This document shows positions 1-12,200 of a stretch of 64,000 nucleotides of DNA, piece after piece. A program made the translations under genes and the position numbers. Within the stretch, counting starts at the first letter, position 1; every line of letters begins with the position of its first letter. Below the pieces are notes generated by a model. The model was not told the origin of the DNA. It saw only the letters and a list, made by a program, of their open reading frames with translations, and searched no databases. Source of the DNA: Oopsacas minuta (taxonomy: Eukaryota > Animalia > Porifera); NCBI GenBank assembly GCA_024704765.1, contig JAKMXF010000017.1, positions 23,292 to 87,291 on the forward strand. Direction: 5' to 3'.

Positions 1-667
1 AGAGTTTTATTATGTTCGTTGTGCCCACTTTATAAATTGTTAAATTAGTGTTAGCTGAAATCGAGACTTTCTAAATTTACCTATAGAAAATGTATAATGC
101 AAACTTGGTATAATAATAAACACAAATAACATCGTCCTTAGCAGCTAAAAGAACATTTGGTTCCGGAATATGCGATCAAGTTCTGTATCACTAACGTAAA
201 TATCACTATCACTCAATGCTACACCAAAAAGTGATCCGGTTAAAATCCGAACAATTGGATCGGTGGCGCCTACCCTGAAAAGGAGGTATACTGAAAACTG
301 AATTTATCCTAGTAAATGTCCGGAAGTTGTCCTATCTGTAATTTAGAATTTCTCCTACAAGCGTATTGCTCTAGTGTCTTAAAAGTGGCTATTTAAAAAA
401 GTTAACTAGACAGATTTCAAATAGATTAGAGTAGGATAAATTCAAAGTTAAAACTAACTTTTGAATATTTTTGGACAAATTCTAAATGTTATGTTTTGCT
501 ATGCTGTCAACGAAGAATGACAAAATTTTGTACCCTAGACAGGTACACTATCTTGAATTATGTAGACATATAGACATGAGTAATGAAGAGGAAGCAACAT
601 CATTAATTATTTGACAATTCTCTTAACAAGCATAAATTAGAGCTCATATATGTAAACATATCAACAA

Positions 668-2062
668 TTATGTAGAATTGTTTTCTGGGCTGATTGAGAC
701 TGAGTCTAGAACACTGGTAATCTTGTTCCATCTCACACAGCATAGATTAAGGGGGATGAGATAAATGGCTCGGGTTATAAAAGCTATCATAATCCCCATC
801 CAGTACCCTAATGGGCCCAGCTTTGCAACAACTGATAAGAGAATTGCGCTGGGAGTAGCTATAACGAAGAATGCAATTGGAAATACAATACCCAACCACT
901 GCTTTCCTATGCCAACAAGTATTCCCAGAAAATTCTCTACTACTCCATCTATCGGTTGATAAGCAGCTATCACAAATATAATGTTCACTATACCTTGTGC
1001 TACCTCCTGATCTGATATAAACATCTTACCCCACAAACTACTGCCAGCAAGTAAAACACTCACCTGAACCAATACTAACAATAGAGTCACTGATGTTGTC
1101 AACACACAAACCTTTTTCATTCTACTAATGTTGTCTTCTCCAACAAGAATGCCAACTCTAATTGATGAAGCAATATTCATACAACTGGAGAGTACATACA
1201 GGCAGTATTCGATGTATAACACAGCAGAATATTCTGATAAATCCACTGCTGCATTAGAAGAGGTTGCGCCTACTACAATGTTACCCAAACTAAACACACC
1301 ATCATGTAACAGAGTCATGATTAACAATGGAAAACCATAGTACAAATATTGACCCCATTTCTGTAAAGCCATCCAAGTAAAACCTCCCCAAATTCTTTCC
1401 CAAACTGAGCTACAACGTATATACACAAGATGAGCAATAGCTTGATAAATGAATGTAATGACAACAGCTATAGCTATGCCTTTGATGCCTAGCAGAGTGT
1501 AGTTAGTTAGAACATAACAGAGAATACTTTCTATCAGTGTTGAACTGACGAGAATAATCATTGTGGGTAACACAATTTTCTGTACTTGTAGTATTCTCAT
1601 TGTGGGATAGATAATTGCATAAGCAGGTAGAATTGGTAGCATAACCCACATAAATTCTCCACACATCTTACTCAGCTCAGGAGATTGGTGTAACAATAGG
1701 AGAATATTCTCTGCATTAATCCATATGATTGCAATAGTTAGGGACATGAGAGAATGGATTAACAATCCTCTTTGTAGGAGAGTGCCCAATTCTTTATTCT
1801 TACCTGCCCCATAGGCTTGTGAACCCAATGTATTCACTGCACAGCTTATGAAATTGTGTGCATATATTCCAGCAGTTGTAACAAAGCAAGTGCTTAGACC
1901 AACAACTGCATAATTCTTAGCAACATCACCTATATGCCCTGCAAATATCGCAGGCAGGAATAGACTATTTATGTTTGATATGAATATTGTAAAGTAGATT
2001 GGAATGATTAGTTTCGCGAGTATCAGTAACTCTTCTTTCAAAAATATCCAAATTGATTCCAT
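668..2062 (-). CDS. MATE (SLC47-type) multidrug and toxin extrusion transporter, intronless
   Basis: 464-aa ORF with ~12 hydrophobic segments in two repeats; MATE-typical segments 'AVNTLGSQAYGA...LGTLLQRGLLI', 'ASSIRVGILVGE', 'GILVGIGKQ', 'LGPLGYWMG'. Confidence 0.92.
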   Translation of the reverse strand: MESIWIFLKEELLILAKLIIPIYFTIFISNINSLFLPAIFAGHIGDVAKNYAVVGLSTCFVTTAGIYAHNFISCAVNTLGSQAYGAGKNKELGTLLQRGLLIHSLMSLTIAIIWINAENILLLLHQSPELSKMCGEFMWVMLPILPAYAIIYPTMRILQVQKIVLPTMIILVSSTLIESILCYVLTNYTLLGIKGIAIAVVITFIYQAIAHLVYIRCSSVWERIWGGFTWMALQKWGQYLYYGFPLLIMTLLHDGVFSLGNIVVGATSSNAAVDLSEYSAVLYIEYCLYVLSSCMNIASSIRVGILVGEDNISRMKKVCVLTTSVTLLLVLVQVSVLLAGSSLWGKMFISDQEVAQGIVNIIFVIAAYQPIDGVVENFLGILVGIGKQWLGIVFPIAFFVIATPSAILLSVVAKLGPLGYWMGIMIAFITRAIYLIPLNLCCVRWNKITSVLDSVSISPENNST

Positions 2063-2070
2063 TTGAATCT

Positions 2071-2318
2071 GTAATACAATGTGTAGATATTTGCACTATA
2101 AAATATATTTGGGTTATTGTATGAAGATACTTTTATGTAGAGCACAAATTTGATGGCCTCGAGGTTATCAACTAGATCTATTGTTTCATTAACACATATT
2201 TAACACCTAAGAACAATAAGATAGGAAGTTTTAGAAAGTTATAAATATTTTCCTATTCTGAAAGGAAGTAATACAATGTGTAGATATTTGCTCTACAAAA
2301 ATAATTTGCTTATTGTAA
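2071..2318. repeat. ~50-bp imperfect direct repeat just upstream of the MATE start codon
   Basis: gtaatacaatgtgtagatatttgc...ttattgta at ~2071-2121 and ~2268-2318. Confidence 0.7.
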
Positions 2319-4488
2319 GGATAGATTAATTTTCATTCAAATTAAGAATTAACCGATTCTAATTCCATAGTAGTTGGGCAACGTATCTTCATGAGATAGT
2401 GAGTTGTCCACTTATGACCTACAGTTGACAATACTACGAGTATTAACAATAGGCTACAAATATTCTTAGTATGATAATTTTCAATTTACGAAAATGTTTA
2501 CAGTATCAGACGTACCTCCTCGAAAAATTGTCCGGTTTGATTTCTTGAAAAGAAGAGATGTTGAAATTAATTGTAGGATTATTGTGAGTTCTTGGCTGAT
2601 TGGAAATTTGGTATTTTACTAAATCACGTAAAATACTGTTCACAAAGAATACTTTGGTATAGTGACTTAATTCAGCCACTAAGTTGAGAGTTTTGTGGTA
2701 ATTTGATAATTTTTTGTTGCTATCACCACCATTTACCATAATACGAGCCTCCATGACGAAAAGGACTTCAATTTCTGAATAAGTTTCTGCTATTGTTTAG
2801 ATTTTTGTGATTTGTGTAGGATCCGAGTAGATAAACTACATAACTTATAGAGGAGAAGATGACATTATAGCTGGTACAATCTCTATCAGCAATGAACCAC
2901 CTGTTGCTAATGAACAGAGGACAACTCGTAAACTCCTTGATGATGTACAGCATTCACAGGTATGTTGTTACCCGCTCTATGGTTCCAGAGGGCCATAGTC
3001 AGACAAAACTATATGCTGGGTGTAACTCGCATTGAGATCCTCCTCGCTTTTTCGCCTTTTTCCCACATCTCCCTATTGCAACCGCAGATAAAGCAAATAG
3101 TCACGATGACTCCTCTCTTTGTGAATTCTAGTTACGCACTAATTATGGCTCAATAGATTTAAGCAAAAATGGACAACATTTAGAAAACATCGTTATAATG
3201 CAAACCTGCAAGGTCGATTTCACTCCCATAACTATTGAATATCTCGTATTTCCTAGAATAGTAGTTCTCTCATAGGGTGGCTATATTAATAATCATCTTG
3301 GTTACTATTCTAGTAATTACGGATATTCAGTAACAGTTTAATCCTAGTTTAATCTCTACAAAAGGTGTGCCAGGGACGCGAAGCCAAAAGGTGCGACCCA
3401 AAAGATCAAAGTCATACCTTTAATAGTTTAATTAATGAATCCTAAAAGAATTAGTTAAGTAAAAATACGTTGCCTCCGCATTATCCACTAAGAAGTTAAG
3501 CACAAAGTTTAAACTAATCACTGACTACATATTAAACTGGACGATTTGATTATAGATTATTCAGCCCAATATTGTCATATCCTCCTATCCAGATAACCAG
3601 AATAGTGTAAGATGTTCTCAGATACAGGATACAAAATCTTAATTAATAATTACTACAATACTAAATTAGCAAAATGTTATGTTTCAGCTCAAAGAGTAAT
3701 TAGCATAGTACTATAAATAAGAATTAGGAATGTGCTCCATAGGACAATGCTAGTAATAAAGTTAGAGATATACAAATGAAGATAAACATACGTATTGATA
3801 TAAATTAGAGGTGAATAGAACAATACTCATTCATCAGCGAGTAGCAGGTCCTATAGCAACCCTATTGGATAGAATCATTAAAATTCCTGTAAAATTGATT
3901 TTGATCATTGAAAAATTTGGACTAGAGACAGCGATATATATCAACACATTCATAGGCAATTCTATTTGTTTCGCTAATTTAATAATAGCACACATGACCT
4001 GATACGTATTTGAATATTACCATATATGGGTATACATTAAACTACGTCATAATGAGCAGAGATAGCATATCAAAATGTATTACAAGGGTATGGGAAATCG
4101 GGTATAAACTATACATTGGGCAGGAGTATGCGTGAAATCCTCTCTGATCACTCAGTGAAAATTCTGGAATCGAAAGTGACATATTTTAACGTTAGCAGAG
4201 CTTCAAAGTTAGGGACATCATCCGAAAAATAGTGCTAAAATAGTACGTATAATGCTTCTTGCTGTTCGGATAATCGAGGGTGTAGTCCGGTGTACTGATC
4301 TAATTATAAACGGATAATAGCTAATGATATCTCAGAACACGCAATTAATGCCGGGGCATTATACTTCTGCAATTCTTGAATCTGGACCTCTTTATCAATC
4401 CTGGGACCGCTTTGCCTTGTAATACACTTTAACATGATAACTCTTACCAATGTGACGTAATTGTCAATATACCCAACCTGTTGCGTTA

Positions 4489-4993
4489 GGGTGGCTCAGT
4501 TGCCCCTTTTAGATACAATTTGGTGAAACATGAAATTTGATAATGAATAGAGATTTGAAAAACTTGGAATTGTGTAGTTTGGGGGTGGTCTTATGTCGGT
4601 CAATAATACATTTTGATAACCAATCTTTTACAATTTAGAAGGTAATAGTGAAAATCGCTTCAATCGATGATACGTATCATATCAGATCCGACCAAAAAAT
4701 ATTCTCGCTAATTTTTCCTAAACTGTACAAGATTGGTTTTTTGAATAGTATTATTCACCGACATGAACCCACTACTCAAATCCAAGTTTTCAGATCTCTA
4801 TTCATGAAATAACTGCATTTTTCATTAAAATGGGACGAGAACAGGACAAAAGGGACTAAAAACCAGCACAATTACAAAAATATATTGTGATACCACTAAA
4901 TCTTCATGGATTTCATTGAAATGGTGCATACATAGATAAATTAATAAGTAGTACGCGACGTGTTTTTAGACAAAAGAGGCAATTGATACACCC
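4489..4993. mobile_element. Tc1/mariner-type fold-back MITE
   Basis: TA|GGGTGGCTCAGTTGCCCCTTTT ... AAAAGAGGCAATTGATACACCC|TA; internal inverted arms (e.g. 4545-4572 vs 4778-4804). Confidence 0.65.
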
Positions 4994-5202
4994 TAATACT
5001 CATATATGGTCATTTTTCAGATTATGCAATAATCTTGATTGATATGGTTTATAATTCGAACTGTAACGGAAAAAATAATTTGTTGGACTGATGTGTTTGG
5101 GATACGTGCGAGAGTTTCAATGGAAAAACATCGTTCGAATTAACGGGTATTTAAATTACAAGTGGTCGACTATAGTAGGCTATGATTTACAAATTTACAT
5201 TA

Positions 5203-6204
5203 CTATAATAATGTCCAAGAACTTACCAGAGTGGGTACCATTTTCATTCTTTGTCTACGCAAGTTCTTAACTACATCGAAAATATTAATGGTATTCCTCG
5301 AGGTCATTTCTTTGACTGAGTTCAATGCTGTCATTATTATCCCAGTCTTAGAAATACCATCAGGACAATGTATTATGATTGGTATGTAAGGAGAATCTTT
5401 TTTCTGTTTGACTATTCTATTTAAGAGTGTTACAACCCATGCCATGTCACTCACTGTACAATCTTCATTCCAAATTGGGGATACACAGTGAATAAATGAG
5501 TGCTCTTTTCCTTCCACAGTATTCTTCAATGATATTTCTTGTTTCACAAATGCAGTAGTTTCAGTACAGCTGATTAAATTGGATTCAAATGGTTGGCATA
5601 TCAGAGGCTCATCCTTCTTTGGCCAATAACACATACGATTAGAGACTCCAGTGAGAATCTTGGCTCTCTCCTGTCTAGTAGTCAGCATTATCACCATACT
5701 AGCTTTGGTTTGAAATATCATCTGTAGGAAATCTTGTTTCGTTTTGTCAGTTGGATGTATAGTTGCAATGTATTCGTAATTTTCAAGCCAGCTGGCATTA
5801 ATATAATTACATTTAAAGTATTGAGATTCCAGTATAACTCTATTTTCATCAGGAAACAGGATATTTTTATGGCTAACGTGCTCCCTGAATTTTGTATATT
5901 CTGATTCTGAGAGAACATTCTTAGTTTGCTCATTTAACTCTTTGAATTCGACAAAGAACTTTGAATCGTTTCCAATTCCTGAATCTACATAAAGTTTGTA
6001 AGTATTTGGGAAATCTCTAGCAGAAATAGATTTGCTTGGAAGTGTATTTTCTTTTATAACAGAGCTCATTGGGGTGTATCCTTCATCAGAATTACTTCTA
6101 TCCATTCTGACATAATCTCTGTCTCCTGTAACCTGTATTTGTTTTGTTCTACTCTGACTAGAAATAGGTGGTCCTAAATTAGAATAGTAGGGATTTACAA
6201 CTGA
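5203..6204 (-). pseudogene. D2-type (catalytically degenerate) PTP domain of receptor gene A, in frame with the tail but behind a TGA
   Basis: Aligns to the D1-D2 linker and D2 of gene B (NTYKLY..., YINASW, HCPDGISKTG, IFDVVKNLRRQRMKMV); frame is open from 6204; GTAAGT donor after 'MVPTL' implies a further unlocated 3' exon. Confidence 0.75.
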
Positions 6205-9200
6205 TCACGTTTCTGTTTCCAAAACAATCGAAGCTTCGTCAATTGTCATATATTCTTGATTTTGAATTTCACCAAGTTCAATGTATTCTTTATCTCTTAA
6301 ATTAGCCTCTGACGAAATTGGTAATTCTGAATATCCATCAGCACTTGTTTGAATTTTACGTGGTTTCTTGGATGGAAGTTGTTTTTTGGTAGATTTTACA
6401 GAATCATCTTTGACTTCTTGATATCTTCTTCGCCTCATAAAAAATATTATCACAATTATTGGTACCATTACTATAATGAGAATAATTATTGTAACAACGA
6501 TAAGCAATACTATGATAATAGTAATAATGATTAAGCTGTTGTTTGATGTTTCATTGATGTGCATTTTTGTGACATTAGGCATTAGAGTTCTCGTTGAAGG
6601 CACTGTTGGTATATCTACCTCAATATGCACACTAGCTGTAATGTATTGTACTTCTGAAGCTGTTTCTCTTACCAACATGTAGATTCCTTCATTCTCTTCA
6701 GATAATACTGGAATATTGTATGGGAGGGTAGTTATGATAGTTAGCTTGTTTTGATTGATAAAATGTATCATCAAGCATTGACTACAGATGAAAGTAACAT
6801 TCTCAGTATTTGATCGAATGGTTATTCGTTCTGGAGATGGAAACATTGGATTGTTAGCATCGCTAAAAGTATTGCTGTATCCTTCATAGCTGATTGTTAG
6901 AGTAGCAGTGTCTAAGACATTTGGTAAAAGTACATAAAACTTGTAATTTTGTGTGATAAAACAATCTCTATTAGCAGGGTAAACTCCGGCAGGTTTGATG
7001 AAATCATTATTTTGGTGTTTGCATGGATTTTTTAATTCTAATTATTTTTTATCTAATCAGATAACGAATCTAAGATTCCAAACGAATATGAGTAAAGTGA
7101 AAAATGAATATTGTGGAGAATTGAATTTTGCCTAAAAATTTTGTCTAAAAGATGAAACGAGATTTAATATCCCTCAACCTTATTATATACTGTGGAACCT
7201 CATTAATTCCATTTCAGGATAGGACAAACAAATATTCACATAAAATCAGGTCCCAAAAATGGTTATTCAATTAATATTACTCCGGTTGAAACGAAAACCA
7301 GATAAGGCGAAGAAATATTGATCGTCCGTTGGTGTTCGTATTAACGAGGCGCCACTGTTTATAACTCTTATTTTATGAAAATTTACATTTCCTTATATCT
7401 CCTGACTTTAGCAACGCTGTTAATTGTACGGGTTTGATTGGAGCATAACTAACGAGCAAACGAAGTACTCTATCAGACTAAATCCTGAGTTAGAAATTTC
7501 AAATGCAATAGATTCATTCAGGACTTGTCAGGTTTATGTTTGCCCATGTACCATATAGAAATACGTAGATAGTTAGGCTAGGAGAACTGTTTTCCAGGTG
7601 ATGGTTCAAATATTTGAGATGCTCTTATAACTGGTGTATTCTTATAAGTGTTACCCACTAGCACTCGTGATAACAATATTTGTACATCTATATTATTAAA
7701 TCTCAATTGTTGTCTGTCTGTTTGTCTGTTTGTTTGTACGTTGTCAAGGAAAAGATTTATGGTATGCACTTTTGAAATTGTCGCATAACTACGTATTATC
7801 GTGTTTGTTAAGGAAACATAATTCAATAAAACTTCAGTAAATATATCGAATATGCGGAATCCGATTTTCACACTTTTGAATTATTCACATGTAAATTTAT
7901 TGTTGTTTTTATGAATATAAAGTAACAAATTTCAAAATTGTGGTAGAAACATGCTTTCAACGACTATACTGGAGTATTCAAGTATGGTGAGTCCAAATAT
8001 GGTATTGTAAACGTTATGTGGATATACCTCGAGGTGCAATTCGCCGAGTTCATCGCAAGGCGACAAGCCAAAGGCTCGTTATAATTCAAATTTTGTATTA
8101 TAATAAAATATCAAATTACAGTCTATGCAGACGTAATTATCACTGAATTAAATCAGTGGATTATTGAGACAATAAATTATACTAAATAATTCATTTTAGA
8201 AAAGAAATTTTGAAACTGTATGTAATACTCGTGTTAGATATATGAAAGTGTATAAATCAATTTAGAAAAGCACTGAGATCAAGGCTGTAGTCTGCACAGA
8301 AAACTTAGAAAGTTGGATAAAATTATATTACTAATAGTAACAAAAAATTAAAATATCTGTAAACCGAAATGTATATTCTGAGATAAAATAAAAATTGTTT
8401 CTGATTGAAAAGACAAATACCAGATGGACTAATTAATCCCCCTCTTCCATGCCCTCGTCTCCCAATGGTATGGATTAGTTTTGCTGAGGGAGAGAGTACG
8501 TATCTTGATTTTGTGATAGGAATAATCGTTAATGAGAAATTCCCTGCTGGATCCAAACAGAAGAAGACTACGTTATAAACCATAGCAGATCAATCATGAG
8601 AAACACACGAGTTTATCAGGTATCCACTTCTCGAGTAGAAGAGGACACATTTTGGACTGAAGTCTAGCACTACAATGCTGTTTGGAGTTACTTTTACATC
8701 TTTAGGAGACCTCAGCTGTTGAGAACAGAAACAATTTATGAATTTTAGTTCATCTGAGTAAATACAAACTCTGTTATTGTTACTATCAGCTGCATACACG
8801 TCTCCGTTATAGTCTGTACAGAGTCCACGTGGCCACTTTAACTCTCCCTCTCCTGATAACTTGGATATCGGTCTTCGCTACCTTGAAATCACTGAATTGG
8901 AACAAAGCACAGAGACAGTCCGTAACGAAGACGTGATCTTCTGTTACTGCTATACCCCAGGGATATTTGAATTCGCCTTGTCCAAAATTAGTGACTAAAT
9001 ATCCTTCAAAAGTAACAACTTGTATACGACAGTCGCCAAAATCAGCAATGTATATCAACTGATTAGGTTCATATAAGCTAGACCTCTTGCATCTTATAGT
9101 TCGTTATTAGCTCTCCCTTCCTTCCCTACAGCTATGACAGACTGCTTCTTAAGAGTGTAGTCTAGTTCCCATTCTTTCGCCTCAGTAGACTACGAGCATT

Positions 9201-12200
9201 CTTCGATTGATGTTCCCCATTTCGTTTATTAGAGTTCAGTTTGTTAGAAACAATATTAACTAATACAAACTCTATTTTATACTTGCGTAACTTCAGAATA
9301 CGAATTGATTCAATGATTGCTATGGTAGCCCAAAATTATGAGATATTAAAATGTACTATGACATGCGTCAATAGATTTTGGAATTTTTAGTACAGCTCCT
9401 ATAGGGAGATGCACTAATGGCATGGACGACAATTTCACAGATTTATCATATGATTAATCATATTTTCACACTTTCTTTGCATATTAATCCAAATCATCTA
9501 GAGATTTCGTTTGAACTATTCACGGGTAATCGAGTATGTAGATTTAAAATTTAAATATTCTTCTAACAAACTACTTTAATAAACAAATGGGCAACAAATA
9601 AATCAATGAATTCAGAAGCTACTCGTAGGTCTGTTGAAGTGAAAGAATGGAAGTTGGACTACTCTCTCAAGAAGCAGCCTGTCATAGCTGTAGGAAAGAG
9701 ACGGAGAGCTAACAACAAACTAAAATATGCTAGAGTTCTAGCTTTACATGAACTTAATCAGCTGAGGGTAACTGTAGCATACATGTTTTTACATTCGAGG
9801 GACAGTTCGTCATTAATTTTGGATAAGACATACTCAAGATCCATTGGTATTGCAGTAACAGAAGATCACGTTTTAATTACAGACTCTGATCCAATTCTGT
9901 GATTTCAAGGTAGCGAAGATTGGTACCAGAGGATCTGAGAGGGAGAGTTTAAGTGTCCTGCATGACTCTGTACATACTATAACGGAGACGTGTATGTAGC
10001 TGATGATAGCAATAACAGAGTTTTTATTTACTCAGAAGAACTTAAATTCCTAAATTCTTTGGGTTCTCATTCGTTGATCATATTCAACAAATTTTCCTTA
10101 AAATAGTGTTGTCTTCAGTTCTACTTTATGTCTAGCACACAGATGCAAACCTAGCGGCTCATATGTCACCAAGGAGTGAAATTTCGTCCAAAAAGGCATG
10201 AAATATATTTAGGATCGTGAAAATCTGTCAGACTCACGAGTTTGCAGTGAGAGTTGACATCTTTACACACGTTTTTGTATGTACAAACCGTAAAACAAAA
10301 GATTCGCTAGGCCAAATGCATCTCGATATTTTATATTATAACAGGGTTTCTCAACTTGAGGTCCTATGACCAAACTTAGAAACAATTAGGCCACTAAGAG
10401 ATTTTACATCAAATTCTGGCAAAATTGTTCTTCTGTGGTCATTTTGAGCAAACTTAACTAAACATGAGTACTTGACCAACCATGACCAAACGTGGCCAAC
10501 GATGACCAATCCTAGCTTAAGAGAACCATAGTCGAAGACATTTCTATTTTTTGAGACGAATGCATGCCCGAGAATGACAGTAGGAATGATGAAATCCATA
10601 CTGAATGCGTCATTGGGATTAAATATAGCAAGGATATTAGAAATCGATGATGGGTCCGTTATCGGGATTCCCACGACATGCTCTTCCAGCAAATTTTTTG
10701 ACTTTGTAGTAGTCAAAGAGCCGAACCAACCCGTTCTCAATCAAGCAGTGTTTCCCGAGAGGAAATTTGGCCAGACGAATCCAAAATATGGCTGCTTTCA
10801 GAGTTCATGGTTTGATAATGTATTATGATGCGAATGGCTTTACTGGGAAATCAAAAATGACGAAGTTTATTCTATTAAATGCAGAAATGTGAATGCTCTT
10901 GGCCAATCTAGCTCATATATATCCATCGATACTGGAAAATCAACTTCGTAGAAACGAAAGCAGACTAAATTTGAAATAGTTTTTGAGATACTGCTACGCA
11001 GGACCACTCTGAAAAGTGATACAGCGATACGGCGCTCGCCGTACCTGCCCTACTAAGTGTGCCGCCCCTGGGTATGGTACTCACTGTAACCATGTTTGCC
11101 ATCCCTGATATCGTGCTTTAGTGATCCTGTTACTCCGTTCTATTATTTTCAAAGTCTTTCGTTTCTATTAGGATGGAATAAATTGTTTCTTTTACTCATC
11201 ATCTATATGAACCTATATTGACAAGGGTTTTGAGGTACGGCGCTCCCCGTACAACTTTTCAGCGCCTGGTGTGCCTCCTTCCATAGTTGTAATATTCGGT
11301 TTATATTTAAAATTCTCAAATCACCGTCTGTGCAGACTCAAATTTCATCAAATTAATTTCAGTGGATTGTTGAAACTATATTATTCTATATTATTCTATA
11401 TTATTCTATATTATTCTATATTATTCTATATTATTCTATATTATTCTATATTATTCTATATTATTCTATATTATTCTACTAAATATACATTTTAGCAAAA
11501 GAATTTCAAATTATTTATACATTGTGACCTCTAAAAGCGGGGAATGGGGAATGGGGAATGGGCATACTTTAGAGAAATTATGCCTTACTCCATTGAATTT
11601 ACCTCTATAGGAAGGAATTCTACGAAAAATTTACTTGAATAATCAAATTTGTGCTAAATTTTGAAAAAAACATTTTTATCGCTATGATGAATTGAAATTT
11701 TTGGGTTCCTGAGAAAAATTTCAAATCTCAGGTGGACATCTAGAGGTCACTACGAGTGATATGCCCTGGACAAAAGAGGTGATTTATCACAAAGTAAGTT
11801 TCCATTCGGCACATCATTTATAGTCAACAGTCAAATTAGTGCATTTTAGTGCTCGAGGAAAACATTAAGGGAACAGAAATCGTTCAAACTTGAATACGAC
11901 TTTGAATAAATACATTTTTGTTACCTCTAATAGCTATTTGTAGACTTCCTAACAGAGTTACAGGACTCATTCTATAGAAACAACTCAATGTCTGTACACC
12001 TGCTCCAACATCAGAGAATATTATACTCAAATCTATAGGATTTGTATACTCATTGCTATATTCTTGACTATCACCATTAGATATTGTGTCTGTAGTCCAG
12101 CGTAACGAGCTGTCTGAAATATCAGATACAGAGTAGTATAGCATTGAAGTAGTAGATCCAACAGTGTAGTCAATCTGTTGTGATGGATTATCAAGACTTG

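Noticed and set aside
2450-3160. Short ORFs 2506-2754, 2768-2953 and 2962-3156 as genes
   Set aside because: No recognisable motif; stops in all frames; possibly a decayed gene or TE that I cannot assign.
10351-10860. ORFs 10351-10740 and 10574-10828 as a transposase or gene
   Set aside because: GC-richer, probably a TE relic, but no frame gave a diagnostic motif.
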